A stretch of DNA of 64,000 nt from Somniosus microcephalus (Eukaryota): assembly GCA_052327205.1 (NCBI GenBank), contig CM126209.1, positions 144,150,001 through 144,214,000 of the forward strand, written 5' to 3'. This document shows, in pieces, positions 38,846 through 51,351 of this stretch (the first letter of the stretch is position 1; the number at the start of each line of letters is the position of its first letter). The translations under genes were made by a program, and so were the position numbers. The notes under the pieces are model-generated. The model ran no database searches and was not told the DNA's origin. It saw only the letters and a program-made list of their open reading frames with translations.

Positions 38846-40464
38846 CTATGTAATCTTTTGTCTGAAACAGACTTAAAGCTGTTGGATCATGAAAGGCTTT
38901 ACTCTGGAAAGTTCTTGGATGAGTACTACCCTCCTTTGAAATCCTCCACCATGAAAGGATTAGACTTGATATCACGATGGAGACTTGGCAGTCCACACTG
39001 TTGTTTTGACCCAAAGACTACAAGCCTTGATTTCAACTTTTGCTTCAGCAATTGGTACTAGCCTTGGATGGTATCCCAATTCAGTTGTCTTTGTCAGCTG
39101 TCTTGGTTGTTCAGTCTGCTTTGGCCAAATTACTTATTGGTCTCAAAGGATTTTGATGACTCATTACAGCCCTTTGGAATCTTCCAATTCAGAATGGGGG
39201 ATATACTATCTTTTGGCGCACACACACCTCAACATCTCCAAGGCAGATCTTGCTTGTTCAGTTTAATACCTATACACCAATAGTTTTGAGTGCAAGCTTT
39301 CCTTCTATCCCTTTTGCTTTAGCTCATGGGTCAGTCCTAAGTCTATTGAAGTTATCTACCTCATGGAGTTTTCTGTATTTCCCTTTACAACATCTCTACA
39401 GTTGACTTAGATTTGGTTTGGCGGGGCAAGTAAAACTTCTCAGGCAGGGTGGACAACATTACAGTTCCAATGACCACCAAACAAGCCATTTTTTGTGTCT
39501 TGGATTCTTCATTGATGTTCCAAGTACAATACAGGACTGACGAGATCTTGATATTTTTCAATCTGCAAAAATGTGTTGCTGGTGCTTGAATGTTCTGCTG
39601 CCTTGGATATCCTGTTTAATATACTGAACTAGTTTTGTATTTTACAAATTTGAGGATCTTCAGACAAAACTGCTGGGACTTCCTTCCATGAAAAAAAACA
39701 CTTTTTCTGGAACAGGACGAAGAAATGCTTGAATATTTTCAGCAATACAAAAACAAAATATTGATAACATTTATTTAAAAGCACACACCAAAAATAGAAG
39801 ATGAAACCGGAAATGGCCCCAAAGCGTGATTAACTCCAAAATTGAAAAAAAAAATCCACTCTCTAAGAAAATACTTATTTACTCTAGGGTCAAAGAGGTC
39901 ACTATAGATTTGGGTCTAAGCAATCCACACAGGGCATGGCATCACTAGAGCAGTGAGACTAAATCTAATCTTTCGCAACTTTCTGCCTCAACGCTCCTGT
40001 ACTGCCTATTAGTCACATTTTTCCTAGCTTCTATTCCAATCATCGGGAAGAGAAATATTCCAACATTTTTGAAAGTATGAGACAAAATATTTTCTAATAC
40101 TGCAAGACTGTTTTAAGTATCCTTATTTTAAAGGAACAGTTCATGTAGGATTAATTAGTAAATAGAGGAAGAGTTTATAGTTGGCTAGGAAGGATAAAGG
40201 TTCTACTAATAACATTTTATAGTTCTCAAAATGATGCGTCACTACTGACCCATTCTACACCCTTTTCCGCATCCAAAAGGAAAAATTCAGATGGTTGAAG
40301 AACCCTAAAAGGCCTCAAGATTCATCATTTTCACAAACGTAAGATCTACAAATTAAAAATATTTAAGCAATTTACAGGATATCAGCCACTGAAACTGCAA
40401 CATCTGGTTGATCATGTTTTAGCATGTTAGACACCAAAGTTTCAACTTTATTTAAGAAAACTGC

Positions 40465-40708
40465 TTTAGGACCATGGTCCCGTTTCCTTTACGGTATATT
40501 AAGCAGTAACTGAGAATCTTTACAATGGAAAGTCAACAAAAGTCATCACTTTAGTGATTAGTAAGTAACTCTGTTTAGGACTTATTCCACAGAATATAGT
40601 TATGACTTTTGTTAACTTTCAATTGTATAGATTCTCAGTTACTCCTTAATATATTGTAGAGGAAATGAGCTCAAGTCCTAAACAGGGCTACTTGCTAACC
40701 TTTACTAA
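40465..40708. repeat. Complex inverted repeat
   Basis: Arms 40465-40550 and 40598-40682 are reverse complements. Loop segment 40551-40583 is also the reverse complement of 40673-40708. Confidence 0.85.
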
Positions 40709-43700
40709 CTTTGAATATGACTCTAAAAAGAGGGAATTAAATTCCAGAATAAAGTATGGATCCAGTTCCTCATCCAGATTATGTCTTTTATAGGTAAAAC
40801 ACAGCGAGTCACCCCCGAATTAGACAGAACTGCATTTCTTCCCATCTCTGACAAATTTGCAATTACAGTGTTGGCAAATACTCTTCAATCTTGTACTCAA
40901 TTATTCCCTCCAAATAAACACCAGGATGCAGACATGAAAATCTCTGACGAGGTGGAGCATTATTGACTCCATAAAGGCTAAATTCTTTTATCAATTACAG
41001 CTAACATCTCTTGGACTTCTAGCCCTTCCGCACAAGCTGGGTCCACTGTTCTAGAACAATGGTTGAATCTGTCACAGTTCCTTGCAGTTAACTTCTACAG
41101 ATGGTTTAGCTCTTGAATGCAATATAGGCAACATCAGGGGTGAGAATAGGCTATTCAGTCCATCGAGGCTCACCTCTAAATTCCATTAACTTCTATCATG
41201 GCATTTAATTGTATTTTCATTAACCAAAACATTTTTGCTTCTATTACATTGGTTGGTAGATTATTGCAAATACTCACTAAGTAGAGAAACTGCTCCTGAT
41301 CGGTTTTAAATTTACATTTATCGTACTTTTTTGGTACATTTTGAAGTGCAAATTTAGATTTGCTGTATTCATACCACTCCAATACTTTATATATGAATTA
41401 TAGGCAACAAAGTGATTAAGGATCACTAATTATGTTGCAATGCTTTCATAAAAGTTAAAACTATGTGCAATATATGTAGAAATTCATGCAAATTAAATGT
41501 TGCTGAAAGATCATATATGAAATATTAGGTTAAATTTCTCTTTCAGATGTTGATCAGCCTGATGCACATTTACAGCATGGAAAATAAAAATAATTGGCTG
41601 ATGCACTGCTTTCGCTAATCTAAAACAATTTGAACATTTGGATACATTACTAGCAGTAGCAGTAAAAAAGTCTTCTAACCTTCCAGTGGATATCTTATCA
41701 AGAAAATTTGTCTTCTAGCCTCCAATCACTTAACAGTCAGATCGATACTTCAAAAGGTCCTGCTTTATTTTCAGTAGTTGTTTAAACAAGGTTGCAAACC
41801 TAGCTACACCAAGCTTCATTTAGTGGCCATTGAAATCCTTCAGCCCCTTGTAAATGGGCTGTTGAGGTACATGAAAGGAGTTGAAAGTTTTGATCTTTCA
41901 AAACTTCAATACTATGAAAGGGTCGCTTCTTAATCCACAAATGTATACATTGTTTACATTAAGAGATCAAAAAAAGAGAATTCACCACATAGATGTCTTA
42001 GAAGCTTGTTATACTTATACCAATAAATCCACAGTTATTCACTCTATGTGGTAATAATACGTTTTAGATAATACCATAGCCAAGCAATACAATATGAGAG
42101 TGCGTCAGGGGTCGGGATGGCCAGGCAGACAATGTTCACGTTTCAAAGCAAGCAAATACAATGGCCTGGAATTTGCGCATTTAGCACATGCGCATCCTAA
42201 CACGGAAATCCTGAAGTTGTGGTCCGTCATTCACTGCTCTGGCACTGTGCTGAGTGCACCCCCACCCCCACCCCCCCCCGCTTAGACAGCTTGTTGGCGT
42301 CACAGCAGTTCACACTATGGAATTCCAACTACACTGCACAGATCTCAACGAAAAAGATTAACTTCTTGCCAGAGAGCACGAGATCTTTGTGGGAGGCTTT
42401 CTTCGGGGCCAGCGGTGAATGCCTTTGCTTTGCTGCTGACTGCAAATTACAGGCCAATATACTTCGACTGAAAATGCAATCTAAGGGCTAAAGCCCCAAT
42501 CACAAACATCTCTTTGGTGTACCCTTATCTAGGTATTATTGCTCCTTGCCAGTGCTCTTACTCGACAAGAGTTTCCAGGCTCCATCAGTCAGACAGTTGT
42601 GCTCTTTAATCATTCAAATGCTGTTAAAACTCAATTCTCAACCAATACAATTAACACTGTCAAATAATGTTTCGCTTGCCCATGTATTTTTTACTTGAAT
42701 CCAAGCTCTCTGATTCAATAGATTTGTCATCTGCTAAATTGTACTAACAAGTGAGAGAGAGATGGCCGAGTGAATTGCTGCAAATAAATTGTATCTCAAA
42801 GGCAAGAATTATTCAAGACTGATATCCTCCTACTAATTATTTGATCATTACCACAGGATCCGACACAGCAAATGCAACAATACTAGTTATGTAAGCAGAT
42901 GTGAATTTGCTTGAAGATTGTTCATAGCTTTCAACAGCCAAATATGTAAGTGTACAGATCATATTCTGCACTAAAAATATTATTCTTTCCAACAGCCTTG
43001 TGGATCACCAGATATATTTCAAACACTTCAACAACTAGTGCTTATAGAAACCAAACTTACATATTTGTTGGTAAATGCATTGAATATGGGGTCACACTTT
43101 AGACTATGATGGTTGTTGATCCACCAGTATATAAAATGAAAGTTCACTCTGCAATCTGGGGCGATTACATGTGACAAGATGGAGTCACTCTGGGTTCCAT
43201 CTGTAATTCAACTGCATGAACCAATTGTATTACTGTGTTGTCCAAATATTCCAAACAATAATCTTTTCATAACACGTTACTCCTTAAAGTGTGTTTTATT
43301 CTACAATTACAGGCAAGCAACTCCATTTTTGGAGGAAGATAACTGCTCTGTTATTCTAAGATTCGGACAATAAACAAAATGAAAAGTTAAAAAGATTATC
43401 TGTTGTGTGGATCTCCTCGTTCTTTGGATGTAGTTCATCTTCCACACACTTAATTCCCATCCTCCTCCTTCTCAGGTTCTGCCTCTGATTGGAGTACTTG
43501 GCATTTAATTTCAGCAATATGCTTCCTTTACATCAAAGCTAAACTGCAGTCAGGTCGGCCGTGATGAACATCCTACTGACAATCACTGTCTAGGTTTATA
43601 CACGGGGGAATAGCTACCTCAATGAAATGCCAGAGATCTAGCTGCTAGCACTGTGGAATTGCATGCCAGCAAGAGGCAGCACCTTTCGGGAAGGAGAAAA

Positions 43701-44889
43701 TTGGGGTGGGAGGGGGGGGGGAGCGGGGGAAGGGAAATGAGATATATCCTCCAAATAGTGTACAAACTTCTTTGGTGGAGTTATGCCATGGCATGTGCAG
43801 AATAAACTATATTCAGAGTAAGAAATGTTATTGCCAAGGAAGGTATCTTCTTGCAAGTATTTTAATGGCATTTTTCTATGCAGGGCAGTTGAATTACAAT
43901 ATACTGTATATTGAACAACCTTTCCATTTTTCAAATGATTATTTGTGCTAAAAATATTAACTAAAAAAAAATCCTAGAAATCGCTACTCAAGATTCAGCG
44001 CAAATTTAAGCCACTGTGCAAATAACACTGTGTATATTAAGTGCATATACAGATGAGCAAATTGGAAAATAAAATCTTCTGCTTCATAAGTTCTCCCATT
44101 CAGAGTTATTGTGAGAATTATACTATCTATAATATATTAAAACACCTTGCATCTGCGTGCACTGTCAATTTGTTTCATTGTAATTCCGATGTTCACGTTT
44201 ATGCTGGAAACTATGCCGGAAACTATGCCACGCTGTAATTACACCCATCATCTCCCCGCACCCCCACCGGATCCCCCACCCCACCCACCAAGCAGGTTTC
44301 TTGCTGCAGCACACCACTGGGGGCTAACTAAGGGAGTCCACTCTGCTGGATTACATTTCCTAGATAACCATGGACATACATCATGGTCATACCTGGCTCT
44401 TTCCTTCTCCCTCGCTCCCCCCCACCCCACCACTACTCTCATAACTTTAGGAGAGAAAAATAGTGGATGAGGAAGCGAGACTGAAGAAATGGAATTCATG
44501 CACATCAGTTTCCTTGACAACAACTCCTTCCTCAGTTGAAACGTGTATTAGATTGTAGCAGCTTCATCACTAGGCGTAGTTAACATGATAGTACCAATAT
44601 GCTATAGATTTTATTTTAAATCACATGAGCCAATAGTTAACTCATCACCTCAAATTGCTCTCAACACCAACATGATTTCACCCTGGTATTTTATAGCTCC
44701 CTCCAGGCCCAATCTAAGTTTAGACGGGTATTTTTTTTCCATTTTAAACAGACATAGTAGAAAACATTTCCCTGCCCGCCAATATGTTGTAATAAAATCT
44801 TTGTGACAAATCACTGTATATGAAAGTTTGAATACTTCCAAAACCAATAATCAATTCAATTTCTTGCTGCCATTTACTAGGTTACTCTG

Positions 44890-46212
44890 GAAAGTAGACT
44901 CAAGACGAAGGTCAGAACATGTGGCATCAGGGGATAAGTAGCAGAATGGATAGCAAGCTGGCTACAAAACAGAAGAGAGTGTAGTGGGTTCAAGGTAGTT
45001 ACACAGTTGGCAAAAGGTGGAAAGTGTGACAAGGATTGGTGCTGGGACCACTGTTGTTCACCATTTACATGAACAATCTGGACTCGGGAATCGGAAGTTT
45101 AGTTTCAAAATTTGCAGACACCACCAAATTTTTGGCGGGGGGGTGTAGTTAATAGAGGAGGACTGTGACAAGATACAGGAAAACATTAATAAACTTGCAG
45201 ATTGGACATGTAATTGGCAAATGAACATCAATATAGATAGTTACCGTCAGCAGCACAAGTGCACAGGTTAACCTTCCATTCAGTAAACCTTTTTGCTGCT
45301 TTTGCTTAGCTGGAAACACTGTGGAGGGGCGATTGATTTACGCTGGAAACTTGGCCAGGGTAGTACTCGAGGTGAAGTTCCTCTCCTACTCCACCAGTAT
45401 TTTCAGTTTCTGTATGATGCCTTATATCCCCTTGCAGTCTAGCCTTGGATTGTGAGGTGTGTACATTTTGGTAGGAAGAATAAGGAGACCACATATTCCT
45501 TGGAAAATAAGAGTCTAAATGGGGTAGAGGAGCAGAGGGATCTGGAGGTACAGATACACAAATCACTAAAAGTAGTGGCACAATTTAATAAAGCCATAAA
45601 AAAAAGCAAAGCACTGGGGTTCATTTCTAGAGGGATAGAATTGAAAAGCAGAGAAGTTATGTTAAACTTGAATAGAACCTTGGTTAGACCACACTTGGAG
45701 TACTGTCAACAGTTCTGGTCTCTATTATAAAAAGGATATAGAGGCACTGGAGAATGTGCAAAAAAGGGATTTACTAGAATTATACCAGAACTGAAAGGTT
45801 ATACCTATCAGGAAAGGTTGAACAGGCTTTGGAAAAGAGAAGACTGAGGGGTGACCCGATAGAGGTCTTTAAGATTCTGAAAGGGTTTGCTAGGTTAGAC
45901 AGAGAAGATGTTTCCACTTGCAGGAGAAACCAGAACTAGGGGTCATAAATATAAGATAGTCAATAATAGGGAATTCAGGAGAAACATCTTTACCCAGAGA
46001 GTGGCTAGAATGTGGAATTCACTACAAGGAGTAGTTGCGGTGACTAGCATAGATGTATTTAAGGAGTAGCTAGATAAACACGAGGCAGAAAGGAATAGAA
46101 GGATTTGTTGATTAGTTTAGATGAATAAGGGTGGGAAGAGGCTCGTGTGAAGCATAAACACCGGCATGGACCTATTGGGCCGAATGGCCTGTTTCGGTGC
46201 TGTAAATACTAT
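44890..46212 (+). mobile_element. CR1-type LINE RT fragment with an unrelated ~210-bp internal insert
   Basis: VLGPLLF/FADTTK-like text, ORF 45452-45730 (HFGRKN, LVRPHLEYC) and the 3' tail ggccgaatggcctgtttc. Confidence 0.88.
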
Positions 46213-47524
46213 GCATTTCCAAATAATGGAATACTGTAATTAGAAATTTCATATTGCTAACAGAATTGTGTCCCAGCTTCATCCAATGTTTTGACTATTA
46301 TACTTATGTACTAAAAACCAAGTACTGCACATGGCCAGTATGATGGAAAAACAAAACATTTGACTTTATAAAAAAAAACTAGCATTAAAAAAACTGTTTT
46401 CCTTTACCCAAGTTTCCAAATGGAAGAACATCATCATGCTATTAATTGGGCAGTGCCTTGCATTTGGAATAATTAAGCTAGTTATTTTTGTGTGTGCTTT
46501 GGCTTGTTTGAAATGTTAATGTACACAGCTCAACAGACAAAATTGTAATTTCTAGTCATGGTCTGGTGTGAAGCCCAGTCTCTGGGATTGGGCAAATGAA
46601 GCCAGCAATTTACAACCATTACCATGTTGTTTTCCAAGGAGTAAAAACTGAACACTCTGGCCTGTGGGGAGAAATTGTTTGATTTTCAAAGTAAAGGACA
46701 CCCTTATAATGAAGGGCCCCTCATGATGATCAGCTCTCTATACTCCTTTCTGGTAATATGCACCTGAAGGCAATAGGGGCTCTATGAGGAATCATCTCAC
46801 GTAACTTACCATCAGAGTATATGTTGCCAAGAACTTGCTGAGAAGAGACTGTAAGAAGTGCTTTTCTGTAAAAGGGTATATTTAACCACTTGTGGACCGA
46901 TTCTACGTATAAATGTTACCTTATTTGTATCTCTTTTGCTTCTACATATTTTATGTAAATAAATCTGAGTGCTTTTACTTATATGCAGTAGTCTAGTGTT
47001 GTAATATGTTTTCACCTTCAGAAATGACAGGAGGACATCCTATGCATTCTCCAGTAAGCAAGTTTAATGAATTTGGGATTAATTGTTAAAACTTGTGCTT
47101 CATTCATTGGGACTCCAGTACACAGCATCATCTTTCCAAGGAGAGGTGCAATTTTTGAAAATCAGTGATTTCAAATGCTCATTTTTTCCAGGGTACAGGT
47201 ATTTGAATTGAATTGAAATTAGGCAAAAGCCAGAAAAAAATCCTTTGCATCCAACCATTACAGTTCTGCATGTTTTTGAATCCTGGTTAATCTACTAAGG
47301 TACAGATCTTCTGAAGCTGTATCCTTCCTTTCCTATCTTATTTAAAGCGACAACCAGGGATACAAAAAAATGTTCAACTTTACATTGAGGCTTTCCCACC
47401 AGAAATGTCTAAACAGCACCTTGTAAAGCCCAAATTTTTAAAATCAACTCAAAATCTTGTCTTCCCCCTCCGGTTCGATAGAACCAGTTGGGAAAACCCT
47501 ATTAGCTGTTGCTACATAGTGGGT

Positions 47525-47845
47525 ATTCTCTCCTTGTCTTTTAGATGAGACATTAAACTGAGGTCCTGCCTGCCTTCTCAGCTGGATGTAAAAAAAAAAT
47601 TCCATGGCACTAGTCAAAAAAAGGCAAGCTGAGTTCTCCCAGTGTCCTGGCCAACATTTATCAACAGCGCTAAAAACAGATTAAATGGTAATTTACCTCA
47701 TTGTTGCTTGTGATATCTTGCTGTGCACAAAATGGCTGCCACGTCTGCCTACATATGTGATTACACTTCAAAAGTAATTCATTGGCTGTGAAGCCCTGTG
47801 TGATATATTGAGGGTATGAACGATCACATAAATACAAGTTTGTTT
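47525..47845 (+). mobile_element. Deu-domain SINE (SacSINE1/AmnSINE1-like)
   Basis: gatgagacattaaactgaggtc, ggatgtaaaa...ccatggcacta, gagttctcccagtgtcctggccaacatttatc and cacttcaaaagtaattcattggctgtgaagc. Confidence 0.75.
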
Positions 47846-48009
47846 TCTTTCTCCTCCTGCATAAGGCAGATTTTACATAAGCACAAAAACAAAGCAATAC
47901 AATAACTTAAAAGCAGTTAAGAATATAGCAACACATTGAAAATGCAGCCTGGTATCAAATTATTTTAGGGTTTTTCCTCCTTGACTTGATTAACAATGTT
48001 CCTACATAA

Positions 48010-48237
48010 TCACCCAGAGAGTGGTGAACCTGTGGAATTCTCTACCACAGAAGGCAGTTGAGGCCAATTCATTAAATATATTCAAGAAGGAGTTAGATAT
48101 ATTTCTTAAGGCTGAAGAGATCAAGGGATAGGGGGAGAAAGCAGGGACAGGGTACTGAATTTGGATGATCAGCCACGATCTCATTAAATGGCGGAACAGG
48201 CTCGAGGGGCCGAATGGCCTACTCCTATCTTCTATGT
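48010..48237 (+). mobile_element. Young CR1 3' fragment
   Basis: cacccagagagtggtgaacctgtggaattctctaccacag...gaatggcctactcctatcttctatg. Confidence 0.88.
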
Positions 48238-48368
48238 ATTAATTACCAACTGCTAGATTCCAAAAAAGCAATCAACACTTTTAGTTTAGGCAATTGTTGC
48301 ATTTATGCAGAATAACTATTTACTTTGAGCCTACTTACTATATCAGGTCAATTATTTAAAATTCTAAT

Positions 48369-48978
48369 ATAATAGCAAAATACTGCAGATGCTGGAAATC
48401 TGAAATAACAACAGAAAATGCTGGAAATACTCAGCAGGCCAGGCAGCATCCGTGGAGAGAGAAACAGAGTTAACGTTTCAGGTCTGGGACCCTTCATCAG
48501 AACTGGGAAAAGCTGGAGATGTAACAGATTTTAAGCAGGTGCAGAGACAGTGGGGGAGGGGTTTAGGAGGGGAGGAAGGAATTGAAAGAACATGCTGTGA
48601 AAATGTTGCAAATGGAAATGGCAAAAATCATACTGCATGAAAAATGGGGGCAGGGATTATTATCTGAAATTGTTGAACTCCATGTTGAGTCCGGCAGGCT
48701 GTAAAGTGCCCAATCGAAAGATGAGGTGCTGTTCTTCGAGCTTACGTTGAGCTTCATTAGAACAATGTAATAGGCCGAGGACAGAGAGATCAGAGCGGGA
48801 ATGAAGTGGAGAATCCTAAACCCCTCCCCCCGACTCTGCATCTGCTTAAAATCTGTTACATTTCCAGCTTTTTCCCAGTTCTGATGAAGGGTCCCAGACC
48901 TGAAATGTTGGCCCTGTTTCTCTCTCCACAGATGCTGCCTGGCCTGCTGAGTATTTCCAGCATTTTCTGTTGTTATTT
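48369..48978. mobile_element. Penelope-like element remnant with ~165-bp inverted pseudo-LTR arms
   Basis: 48403-48568 and 48814-48978 are near-perfect reverse complements, bracketed by the direct repeat ttatttaaaattctaat (48352-48368, 48973-48989). Confidence 0.85.
48468..48504 (-). ncRNA. Minimal type I hammerhead ribozyme motif
   Basis: Minus strand reads AGUU-CUGAUGA-A-GGGUC(CCA)GACCU-GAAACGUU-AACU: both catalytic boxes, stem I AGUU/AACU, stem II, and palindromic ACGU in place of stem III. Confidence 0.7.
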
Positions 48979-49697
48979 AAAATTCTAATTTGGGTTCAAT
49001 AGTGCAAAGGGTTAAAATACTGCCCATGCCTTTGGTATGGGTTTTAAAGCAGTCCTAGCTAAAGTATTTTTGCTCTCTTGGCTCGAAGAGTCCTATGAGT
49101 TTGGGTTGTGCCAGCCATGTTTCTATGAATCCAAGGCCACAACTCAAAACTGGCACTAATTAGCAATCTCACTCAACATAAGGATTACTAGTGCTAGAAA
49201 CTAAAAAATTAATACTGGTGTTGTAGGGGTGCACTTTTGAGGTTCAGTAAACGGGGCTTTGCTCTGCATGTGGTGGTGGTGTTGTACCTGACCTGAGAAT
49301 TCGTAATGCTTACACTGGGTGTATGAAATGGGAAATTTCCAATACTTACAAAAATGTATCCCCAAAATTGTTCAATTCCAAATATAACTCCTGATTTACT
49401 CAGAATAAAAACAAATGCAATTACAAGTTGTTCATTTAATGTAAGGGAATGATGTTAAATGCTCTTTGTGATCAGGTTTACTTGTCACAAGGCACCAGGA
49501 TTGAGCTTATATAGCAAGTCTAACTAATAACCATAACATAGTAAATATACCTTTCCATTTAGGTTCAGAATCTTGTACTGCTACAGTGCTAAATACCTAC
49601 TAAAGGTACAGTGAGATCCACCTACCTGTACCTAAATAATCGAATTGTAAAGCAAAACAGTGGAGCAGGACATGGGGACTCCCAATTTGTTATAACA

Positions 49698-49835
49698 CTA
49701 GAACATAAACAGGAGCAGGAGTAGGCCATACGGTCCCTCAAGCCTGCTCTGCCATTCAATAAGATCATGGCTGATTTTCGACCTCAATATTTTCCCGCCC
49801 GATCCCCATACCCTTTGATTCCCTTTCGAGTCCAA
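49698..49835 (-). mobile_element. CR1 3' tail fragment
   Basis: acaggagcaggagtaggccatacggtccctcaagcctgctctgccattcaataagatcatggctga. Confidence 0.8.
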
Positions 49836-49989
49836 GTTATGACTATAGTATAAGCAAGGCGACTGATTTATGGCTTTCACAGGGAAAAAAAAAAAAAAAA
49901 TCACAATAAACAAACTGCCAAACAATAGTGAAAATCCTGAAATTCCCTGTAATAATTTGGGCACCATTACTCAGTGGCCCGAAATATAA

Positions 49990-51351
49990 GTGGTTCAGAA
50001 TTGCGGAGTGTGATCCCCAAAACATTGGTAAGTCTCAGAATTGCAAAATAACAAAGTTTGACTTATTTGATCACAGTAAAAAAAAAAAATTCCCTGATCA
50101 TCAGATATGTTGGTAACAAGTCTCACTTCTTAATTGTGTTGTTTTTTTTTAGCAGAAACCAAATACTTATTGGGGAGTAGGGGGAAATTAGGGTGAAAAA
50201 CCCAAGGCCAATACAGCAAATGCTATTGAAAAACCACACGGACAGAAACCTGGCAGCAAGTCTCATCAGCCAGGCAGAATACAAGTAGAAAATAAAAATT
50301 GAATCAAACAAGTGTTATAGAAAGTATCTGTAGTAGCAGTTGGTTATCAGGCAAACGTTCCTATATTAAAAAGTGCAGCTAATTTAGTTTCAGTTTTCAA
50401 ATGTGAGCCAACACAATAGTATACCACTATACAGATATGTTGGCCAGATTGATAGAACACTACCGTCTCCATCATCTTGGTGGATTGGGGCAAAGTTGGG
50501 AGTTGAAGCAAAGGAACGTCCCTACAGCTTAGAGAAAAATCAAGGATGAAAATCTAGGCGCTCTCATGTACCATCTTCTAGCTAGCTCAAGAGTGATGAC
50601 AGGCCGGGGAATAGATCACCGATCCTCTTGATCCGAAAACTGTGTGCAACATAAAGGGACCTAGAACATATTGTTTTAAATGGATCATTCACACATTTAC
50701 TCTACTATTTAATATGCACTACAGTAGGATGTGTTACTGGAGAAAGTTGATCTAAAGTACATGAATAGTATAATTTACTTCTGTATAATCTAAATGCACT
50801 TCATTATTTTTCAGACACAGCATATATTAAATCTTGCTTTGTACAAATTTGACTCTTTTGCCTCTTAAGTAGAATGTATCAGATTGTTCAGACTGCATAA
50901 CCACAAATTAAAATCACAGATTCACAACTGGTTTGGAATTATTGTAAACTGGACTTTTTCTCTGCATCAGTGGAGTAAACAAATATGTTACACTTCAATT
51001 CAAAACTGCACACTTGATTACCATCTGTTACTCTTTAAAAGAACAGCTCCATTTTGAGCTATCTATGTCCAATACTTTAAGAGCAAGGTCTGAAAATGTA
51101 GAGCATTTAAGTATGTTATAACTTGCTATGAATAGGAAAACCTGTTGCCATTTCTAATTCTTCCTCCTTGGACAGGAATCTGTTATTTGTATTCAAGTGG
51201 TGTACCTCAATTGGGCGTTAATTGTATTCAGACTCAGGAAGTGGGTGCAAGCTTATCTTTACTGTGATCAAATAAGTCAAACTTTGTTATTTTGCAATTC
51301 TGAGACTTTTACCAATGTTTTGGGGGATCACGCTCCGCAATTCTGAACCAC
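49990..51351. repeat. ~92-bp inverted repeat pair (49990-50080 / 51258-51351)
   Basis: gtggttcagaattgcggagtgtgatcccc...tgatcacagtaaa versus its reverse complement, with few differences. Confidence 0.92.
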
